Shown here: positions 37,628-47,439 of the stretch, in pieces
Position numbering within the stretch: the stretch's first letter is position 1
How the letters are laid out: every line of letters starts with the position of its first letter
DNA from: Octopus bimaculoides
Lineage: Eukaryota
Assembly (NCBI RefSeq): GCF_001194135.2
Contig: NC_068987.1
Location: 91,627,975 to 91,675,413 of the forward strand
DNA length: 47,439 bases
Direction: 5' to 3'
Notes under the pieces: model-generated
What the model saw: the letters and a program-made list of their open reading frames with translations, nothing else
The model's database searches: none
What the model was told of the DNA's origin: nothing
Program-made: the position numbers and the translations under genes

Positions 37628-37945
37628 ATTTATCTTTCACTCGTTTCAGCCATTCGGTTGCAGCCATGCTGGGGGAACTGCCTTGAAGGGCTTCAGTCGA
37701 ACACCCTTATATAATTTTGTGATTCGTAATTTTTCGATCGGTATCTATTGCCGATCTGTTACGTTATGGGAACATACTCAATATACAACACACACTTACT
37801 CACATACACACATATAAGATAGGCTTCACTCAATTTCCATTTACGAGATTCATTCAAAAGGCATTGGACGGTTTGTGGTTAACAAAGAATACATCTTCCT
37901 AAGATGCCGGGCAGTAGGATCAAACCTAAAACCACGTGCATACTA
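37626..37945 (-). mobile_element. Decayed, near full-length family A SINE
   Basis: Reverse complement of the 3' end (TTTCAGCCATTCGGTTGCAGCCATGCTGG), the body (CGATCGGTATCTATTGCCGA) and the head (GGCTTCACTCAATTTCC...AAAACCACGTG). Confidence 0.6.
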
Positions 37946-39886
37946 ACTTTAACTTATGAGTATGTGTGTATTGAATGCTTTTGTTTATAGTTAGCGTGTG
38001 TATTTTTCCTTGAAATCCAATTTTTAACTTACGTACCTGCACAACATGCTTTGTTTGAAGAGGATAAGTTGCGCATGCATGCATGCCTCAACTCTACAAG
38101 TCAGCGGCAACTTTTTCCTCCCAGGGAAAGCAAACTTTCGTAGCTTCGGTTTTGAATGCACGTAACGTGAAACTATGAGTTGCGACGTACAGAACAACCA
38201 ATAAAAGATAAATACAAAGCACTCTCACACAATCACACCACGCACGGACACATACACGCGCACATACATACACACATACATACACAAATACATGACTACA
38301 TACCCACACACACATACACACACACACATACACACACACACATACACACGCACACATACACACACGCACACACATGTGTAACAAATATGGCTCTTTGGAA
38401 AATTTCTCTCAGATAATATATTACAACTGGTGTCATTTTTAGTTTGTGTTTATAATTTTATACATTTCGTTAACCTCCCCCTACGTACACAAACAAAAAC
38501 TTATATTTATATAAGATATACATACAATCGTGTGTATATATATNNNNNNNNNNNNNNNNNNNNNNNNNNNNNNNNNNNNNNNNNNNNNNNNNNNNNNNNN
38601 NNNNNNNNNNNNNNNNNNNNNNNNNNNNNNNNNNNNNNNNNNNNNNNNNNNNNNNNNNNNNNNNNNNNNNNNNNNNNNNNNNNNNNNNNNNNNNNNNNNN
38701 NNNNNNNNNNNNNNNNNNNNNNNNNNNNNNNNNNNNNNNNNNNNNNNNNNNNNNNNNNNNNNNNNNNNNNNNNNNNNNNNNNNNNNNNNNNNNNNNNNNC
38801 ATGTGTGTGTGTTTGTTTGGGAGTGGATGTGTGCATGAGTAATGAAGGATGATAAATAAGTTGAGTTTAAAGTGTTTTACTATTTAAATCAAATAAAATT
38901 CTTAAATAAGATTTTAATATCCCTGTTAAATATTCTAGTGAATTTCATGATATCTCATAAAATAGCTACACATACATTTTAAAGTCATTTCTTCAAGTAA
39001 TATCATAAATTCTAGTATTTTGTTTCTTTTAATATGTTTTCTATATTGCGATTTACTTCCACTTTCGTTTTGTAAGTGATTTTGTGAAATTTTTCAAATG
39101 CCAATTTCCAACGACTTGTTGGATTTACGTTTTAAAAAAATGTTGTTTTTCCGGCTCCTCTTCAATTCACTCGTTTGTCTCTAACTTTCCCAAGCGTCTT
39201 TCAAATGGTTTTAAAAGCTTCTGGAACTGGTCACATATATTACAGGCTTGTTTCTTTGCTGTAAGATGTGACGGGTATTTATTCTTCTTGTTTTATTAGC
39301 CAACGCATGGAAAGAGGTTTAGTTGATTGTGCAAGGAAATCATACTTAAATCGTTACTCGATACCTTGCTAGACGGCCACATGGAAGTATACGACCTGTG
39401 ATACAACCTGCGAAAAGCAAAGGATGAAACTAGTGGAGGTAGCAATCAAATATAAAACGGGTAAATAAAAGTTTTAAGAGTTTTAGCTGTGCCGCTTTTA
39501 TTTTTTACCAATATTATTGATACCGTATTATTGAAATATCAAATTTAGGAAACTAGGAACTATTATATGGTGTTGGCTGTTGTTGATGTTGTCTTTGTTG
39601 CAATTTTCATGTAGCTGAACCCTAAATGGGGTAAAATAGTGTCAGATCCGTTCTAGTCATCATGACCCAAATCACTTCCCCTTTTCAAGACAGCAAAATG
39701 TATTTGCAAAACAGATGGGATATTATTTCTAGCAGTGCTATGGCTATGTAGCGGGGGTGGGGCTCTCTTTGTGACCCAACGTGGTCGTAGAATTGAAAGC
39801 AGGCCACACTGTTATGGACCGACAGTGGAGCGGAAATTCCGCAGTATATTCCATGTTCTTTACGTTTGTATAGCTTGATCACTTTC

Positions 39887-39941
39887 ATCATGCATAACAG
39901 TGTGTCGTGAGAACAGTGTATCATGCATAACAGTGTGTCGT
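39887..39941 (+). repeat. 22-bp direct repeat, period 33
   Basis: ATCATGCATAACAGTGTGTCGT at 39887-39908 and 39920-39941. Confidence 0.9.
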
Positions 39942-42382
39942 TATGAGAAGACTGGAACATTAATGGGAAGTATTGATATTTAAGATAAAAGTCTTATATT
40001 CTATCATATGAGAAAATTTAGTCGCAGAAAATGTTTTCCACTGTGAGATGTACAAAAAAACTAAAATGCAAACACTTACAAACTACCCAAAGAGCCACCA
40101 GTTGTTTATCACCCCACCCCAGCTGCTTATAATTGGAATTCTGTTTCGTCGGTTTACTATTTTCTTTTTAATATCTAATCACATTGAACTTCTCTAGCAA
40201 AGGTTGAAGAATTTTTTCTCGTTCTACAGCATGACAGATGAGATTTCAACTATCGATCCTACAGCGCTGTCCTGATATTATAATAACTTGAAGACTTGTC
40301 AAACATCCGTGATCATTTACGACGTTTAACGCTCTCCAAGGATATAATTTCTGTTCTCTCAATCCTCAGTCAAGATTTGATTCATCTGGCTTAAAGATAA
40401 CTCTTAAAATAACTTTAAAATGATTACAGGTTTATTACCTCGTCACGAGAATAAACCTAGAAGAAACCAATAAAGGAACACAAAAATAAACCAAAGATAA
40501 AATATTGAAATAAAAATATAATGATAAAAATAGAAAACAAATATTAACTTTTCCTTTAGGAAAAAGCTGAGATGGGAAGTTCGTGTTTTCAGGCCATTTT
40601 AATTATCGTTATCCTATCACTGATGCTGTAAAAAAGAAGAAATGAAACACGAAATCCATAAAATGTCATCAGTAGTGTTTAACCTCATCAAACTTAGGCA
40701 CAAAGGCTATTTAATAAAGACACACACAGCAGCGCGTGCGCATGAAACTAAACCCAATTTCCTACACACTCTCTCACATCTCTATGTTTCACTGATATAT
40801 TATGACCTCATTTACGGACACAAGATATCTCTCTTTCCTGATTGGTTAAAAACGAGGAAAATACACAAAAACAACACATGACAAAATATGAAGAAAGAAA
40901 ATTTCATATAAAAAAAAAAACCCTCACATTCCTTAAACCTTGATATAAAGTAAACAAAATAACATTGAAAAAACCATAAAGACAATCATTTTCAGTTATT
41001 TATATTGTGGTTGGAATAGAATAAACTCTTTTAAGAACGCCGTATGCGATTGATCAGTGAATAGCAAGGCGTTAAAGACTTATACCTTTCATGTCCTGAT
41101 GCTATTGGCCAAATTATCAGATTGCATGCTACATTCAGCAAGGTGAAATCTCAAGTCATTAGTATCTTTTTCTTTATTCTTTATTTCAGAGAAACAATAA
41201 TAACAATATATCCTTACCTATTACAAAGAATTTTATTTGTATTATTTTTTATTGGAACTAAGAAATAGCATTTTAATGCTTTGTACTTTGTGCGGTTTTT
41301 ATAGTGAATGAAAGAGTTTGTTTGAGAACCTCTACAATGAAAGCATAAATACACACACGAGCTTGCAGATACACACTTACAAATGCACAATAGTACAAAT
41401 ACAGAATACATTGCAAGAAGTTCATATTTTCCAGGTGTGTTCTTATAAGAAGAACGTTAATTAAATTCTTTTGCTCGCACATACAACACACACACACATA
41501 CTCACACACACGCACGCACACACAGGCACACACATATATACAAGCACGCAAACAACCATATACTGCATATATCAACAATGAAGCAGAAAAAGCTACAATT
41601 TTGTCAGATGTTGCTTATTCAGAACCGCATCTATACATCTGTACGATGCTGCATTTATATTCTCAGTCACCGTGTGTGTACACGTCTATGTATGTATGCA
41701 TGTATGTATATTTGTATGTATGTATGTATGTATGTATGTATTTGTATCTATTTACCTAAGTGTACGCAAGCTTATGAAAATATAGTTATATACGCATATA
41801 TAAGTCGTGATGTGTATATCTACACAGGCATACACACACATAAACACAAGCACATACAAATATATACACACACATATATATATATACACTTGCACACATA
41901 CATGTATATGTATTCCACACACACACGTATATAAGTGTTTGGCTTTCTGTATGTAAGCGAGTTTCCATTCTTTAAATTACGTCCGAACCAGAGTCCCAAT
42001 GATATAACATTGAAATAACCTATAGTTTGCGAAGAATACTTCTGATTTTCGGCACGACTCTTTCTCCCCTTCTCTCTTTGTCTCACTCTGTCTCTTCATG
42101 CACGTCGCTCTATCTCTATGTTTGTCTATCTGTCTATTAGTATGTATGCCATTCTTACAATCACTCTGTCTGTCTGTCTCTTTCTTTCTCTCACTATGTG
42201 TATAGCTCTCTCTCTTCTCTCTCTTACGTTCTGCATCTTGTTTTCTCTATGTCGTCACATATTTTGCATCGTATTTTCCTCCTGCTTTCTCGGCCTCCTT
42301 TTCTCTCTCACTCCCCACATATATATTCTCTCCTTCTTTGCACACAGATGTGCATATATGTGCCTGTGTGAACGTAGTATAA

Positions 42383-42422
<40 letters not shown>

Positions 42423-43635
42423 NNNNNNNNNNNNNNNNNNNNNNNNNNNNNNNNNNNNNNNNNNNNNNNNNNNNNNNNNNNNNNNNNNNNNNNNNNNNNN
42501 NNNNNNNNNNNNNNNNNNNNNNNNNNNNNNNNNNNNNNNNNNNNNNNNNNNNNNNNNNNNNNNNNNNNNNNNNNNNNNNNNNNNNNNNNNNNNNNNNNNN
42601 NNNNNNNNNNNNNNNNNNNNNNNNNNNNNNNNNNNNNNNNNNNNNNNNNNNNNNNNNNNNNNNNNNNNNNNNNNNNNNNNNNNNNNNNNNNNNNNNNNNN
42701 NNNNNNNNNNNNNNNNNNNNNNNNNNNNNNNNNNNNNNNNNNNNNNNNNNNNNNNNNNNNNNNNNNNNNNNNNNNNNNNNNNNNNNNNNNNNNNNNNNNN
42801 NNNNNNNNNNNNNNNNNNNNNNNNNNNNNNNNNNNNNNNNNNNNNNNNNNNNNNNNNNNNNNNNNNNNNNNNNNNNNNNNNNNNNNNNNNNNNNNNNNNN
42901 NNNNNNNNNNNNNNNNNNNNNNNNNNNNNNNNNNNNNNNNNNNNNNNNNNNNNNNNNNNNNNNNNNNNNNNNNNNNNNNNNNNNNNNNNNNNNNNNNNNN
43001 NNNNNNNNNNNNNNNNNNNNNNNNATATATATATATATATATATATATATATACGCACACGCGCACAAGCCTTTTCGTTTGTTTTCTTAGAATTGTAACG
43101 TGTATCATAAACCAAGTTTGTGTATGTAATGTCTTTTATTTTTTCTTTGGTATCCCTAAGACAGCATTTGAACATATGTGTGCGCCTGTGTTTGTATCCA
43201 TGTAATTGTATGTACGCAATTTGCGTGCGGGTATCATACATGTTTGTGTATATATACTCGTCCATGTTTATCTGTTTGTACGTTCCTATGTATCTATCGA
43301 TGCGCATTTATCAGAGTGTGTGTAGGTGTCTTTTTCGTTTCCTTATGTGCGAGTGTGAGTATGTCTCTGTAGTGCAGTGCGATACATTGTTAGATATTGT
43401 GAATCACGGAATAGCATTCATCATTCAGACACCAATCCGATCCTGTAATTAGTGAGTTTTAGAGTTTTGCCTGAGAAAACATTGCGTGCATGACGTTTCG
43501 GCTTTAGTTGAAGCCATCTCAATATCAGAGACGTGCTTCCCAGGATAGTATAGTGGAACAGTGGAACAAGAATAGCGAAACATGATGAACGAAATAGAAG
43601 CATAACAATAAGAAGAAACTAACAAGCAACAATCA

Positions 43636-43652
43636 TGAATAATAATAATAAT

Positions 43653-43684
<32 letters not shown>

Positions 43685-43843
43685 AAACAACAACAACAAC
43701 AGCAACAGCAACAACAACAACAACAACAATAATAATAATAATAATAATAATAAAGGAGAAAAGAGAAATAGAATGAAAATATGAGACAGGATTTAAGAAA
43801 AAGTAATAATAATAATAATAATTATGTTTATAATGATACTAGT

Positions 43844-43874
<31 letters not shown>

Positions 43875-44018
43875 CATTATTATTATTGTTATTAGTAGTA
43901 TTGTTAGTATTGTTCGTAGTAGTATTGTAGTTTCTGTGTTTATTTTTATAGTTGTTTATGTTATTATTTGTATTGTTGTTATTATTATTATTAATGAGAA
44001 GAAATTGAGTGAATGTAA

Positions 44019-44090
<72 letters not shown>

Positions 44091-44175
44091 GCTGCTGCTG
44101 CCGCTGCTACTGCTACTGCTACTACCACTACTATTGATGATAATAATAATATTAATGATGATGATAATAATAATG
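43636..44175. repeat. Compound trinucleotide field (AAT, AAC, ATT, CTA, CTG)
   Basis: Directly visible; explains the poly-L, poly-V and poly-A ORFs. Confidence 0.95.
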
Positions 44176-45989
44176 CGAGGGTTTTGGTGTTGATAATATT
44201 CGTAATAAGCAAATACTAGATAAATAAGTTATATATATATATATATATATNNNNNNNNNNNNNNNNNNNNNNNNNNNNNNNNNNNNNNNNNNNNNNNNNN
44301 NNNNNNNNNNNNNNNNNNNNNNNNNNNNNNNNNNNNNNNNNNNNNNNNNNNNNNNNNNNNNNNNNNNNNNNNNNNNNNNNNNNNNNNNNNNNNNNNNNNN
44401 NNNNNNNNNNNNNNNNNNNNNNNNNNNNNNNNNNNNNNNNNNNNNNNNNNNNNNNNNNNNNNNNNNNNNNNNNNNNNNNNNNNNNNNNNNNNNNNNNNNN
44501 NNNNNNNNNNNNNNNNNNNNNNNNNNNNNNNNNNNNNNNNNNNNNNNNNNNNNNNNNNNNNNNNNNNNNNNNNNNNNNNNNNNNNNNNNNNNNNNNNNNN
44601 NNNNNNNNNNNNNNNNNNNNNNNNNATATATATATATATAAGCTATAGAATAAAGAGAAGGGAAATTGCGATGAGTATTATAAAGGGTGAAAAAGCAAGG
44701 AGACAATGCTATAGATAGAAGAAATGAAGAGAAGACCGATAGAATAAGCAAGCAACAACTTAGCAGGAGAAAGAGAAGAAATGAAAGGGAGGATGATAAT
44801 GCCATTGTTGGTGGTGGCGATGTGTGATGTGTGTGGAGAAATAAAAAATGAGAAAGGAAGAAAAAAGCAATGAAAATATAAAAGAAAAAAGCCTAAGGTA
44901 TATTGACAAGAGAATAAAATGGATGTGAGAACGAATGGGGAAAACGAATTGGGAAGAGGAACGAAAAATTGTAAATGAACATGATAAAAAGAAAACCGGG
45001 TATAAAAAGAAGGAAATTGGACGAAGGAATGAGAAATGGTAAAAAGAAGAACTAAAAAGAAATGCAAAAAGACAGCAAATCAATATGATATTACCCATTG
45101 GGAGTGATATCGAGTATATAGTGAACAGGTATATATATANNNNNNNNNNATTTATATATATATGTATGTATGTATATATATATATATATGTATGTATTTG
45201 TGTGTATACATGCACACTGCAACAAACATCATAATTTCACACACGTTCACAAACATGTGCACACCCCCACCCACACCCACACTCCCACACACATACACAT
45301 GCCACACACATATATTTATATATCCATGTATGTAAATACTGTAATTGTCAATGAAATAGCGAGAAAGACAATGAAGAACACCGCAAACAATGGAATTTAG
45401 AATGAAAACGCGTCGATAAATTTGAGGAAATATTGGAACGAGATAAATGAAGGAACGAAGAATAGTGAAGTAGTGACTCATGATAAAGGCTAAATAGAAT
45501 AGCGGAGGAGAGAGAGATTACATGTCCTGCGTTTGGAGAAACATTTAAATGTTCACATGGAAACAGTCATTGGAATTAGATACATAATGAAAAAGAATTA
45601 ATTATAGGAAATGATTAGAGCATTCGCTGCTTTGCTGGAGAGTCGAACAAAATGTTGTGTGGTATTCTCTCCAATATTCTACTCTCTGTTTTTAAATTCC
45701 GTTTTTAAATGAGTAGCTATTTCTTCTTTTGTTCTTTTTTGGTAAATAATGTCATAATCAAAATATACATGACGGTTCTTCTTTTTTGCTTCCTTTCTTT
45801 GTCTTTGTTTTTTTCTCTCTGTTTCTCTGTCTGCATATCTCTCGGGCTTTCCTTGCAAAATGCCAGGAAAGATCACAAACAGCGTCTTTTCTCTAGAAAT
45901 GTTGAAGGCTTGAGCGGGAGTCTCTGAACCTTGCTACAGAGAAGTCAAATATGTTCGTTTCGGGAACTGCCTAAAGACGATTTGTTGTG

Positions 45990-46344
45990 CAATAGAGCAC
46001 GAGAGAAAAAGAAATGAGAGACAGGGTGAAAGGGAGAGAAAAAGAGTAGAATTAACAGGAGCTGGATGAGTGAAGGGAGAGGGGAGTGGAGGGGAGAAGA
46101 AGATTCAGGAAAAGATGCACAAGGAGGAGAAGATGATTTGATGGAGAAAGAAGTGATGGAAGTAAAAGAAAAATAACGATATGAAATGTAAGTGTGGCAA
46201 ATGTAATGTAAAGTGAAAATTATGAAGGAGGAAGATATGAAGACATATTGAATTCTATGATTTTTGCTAAAGAAATTGCTGCATCTATGAGAAAGAAGAG
46301 AAAAGAGATGATTGAAGGAAATTTTGAAGTGAGAAAAAGAGATA

Positions 46345-46402
<58 letters not shown>

Positions 46403-46458
46403 NNNNNNNNNNNNNNNNNNNNNNNNNNNNNNNNNNNNNNNNNNNNNNNNNNNNNNNN

Positions 46459-46512
<54 letters not shown>

Positions 46513-47030
46513 GAGATGAGAGATGCAGAAAATGAAAAACTGTGAACTAATATATGAAAGAGAAAATGGACAGAAGAAAAAGAATGAACAGACAAAAGTT
46601 AAAAATGAAAGAACGAGAGAATAAACGAATGACTCATATCAGGTGAAAAATATAGGAATTAAAAATTATAAAAAGCAAAGGGGAGGAGTGAAATATATTA
46701 AATGACGAAAAGGATATATGCAAATGAGAAAAAAATTGAAGGAAATCCGTGAAAAACATACATAGAAATATATTGTTGAAAAATACATGAAAGAATAAAT
46801 ACGTGGATGAACTAGAAATACATGCAGGGAAATTAGGAAAGGAACGCATAGAAATGTCATAACAGAAAGTAAAAGAAAATAGAGGAAAATCAAAGAATAA
46901 AAAGAAAGAAGAGAGTAAGAGACGAGAAGGCAGGCACAATAATAAAAAAAAATACCAAAAAAGAACAAAAAGGAGACAAAAGAGTAACAAGAGTAAAAAA
47001 TGGTGGAAGAAAAGTATGAAACATACGCAT
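45990..47030 (+). repeat. Purine-rich low-complexity tract (a similar tract lies at 44640-45065)
   Basis: The plus strand is dominated by A and G with few C, and includes (GT)n and (GA)n around a gap. Confidence 0.85.
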
Positions 47031-47386
47031 GCGTAACGAACCACTGTGAGACACGCATTTACGTAAATAGCTGTAGCGAGCTAACATTTTTATTACCTGT
47101 TAACATTTTATAAATATATACTTATTAACACAGGCACACGTGCACAAACACATACACAAACACAGATACACAGGCACACCACACACACACACACACGCAT
47201 ATACACACGCGCGCAAGCAACACAGGTATATGCATATAATAGGAAACTGCACGACTGCTCGGGCGGTCAACATATGTACTAACGAATGCAGATATACACT
47301 ACACAATTTACACACTCACACGCACATACACACTCATACACACACATACACACACATACACATTCAGACACACATACACAGACATG

Positions 47387-47439
<53 letters not shown>

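Noticed and set aside
38850-39200. Very AT-rich stretch considered as a NUMT
   Set aside because: No mitochondrial gene, rRNA or tRNA similarity was recognised.

Overview
AT-rich, microsatellite-saturated eukaryotic DNA with 13 assembly gaps (about 5.3 kb of N). From memory, the SINE families and the density of dinucleotide and trinucleotide repeats resemble an Octopus (cephalopod) draft genome; this is an inference, not a database result. No intact protein-coding gene is recognisable, and nearly all supplied ORFs are microsatellite or N-run artefacts. The window holds many tRNA-derived SINE copies, decayed R4/Dong-clade non-LTR retrotransposon pieces (RT and restriction-like endonuclease in opposite orientations), a probable RTE-clade RT remnant and a decayed tRNA-Glu-like sequence. 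The most notable signal is a set of minimal type-I hammerhead ribozyme motifs of the kind known from Penelope-like element terminal repeats. They are: (i) a ~770-bp fold-back element (19458-20228) with ~310-bp inverted arms, each carrying a hammerhead; (ii) a near-intact hammerhead at 29659-29706; (iii) a composite element (11134-11531, second copy at 13971-14260) made of a Pol III tRNA head, (AAT)n, a hammerhead and an inverted copy of its own tail; and (iv) further degenerate cores at ~3.7, 13.5 and 13.9 kb.
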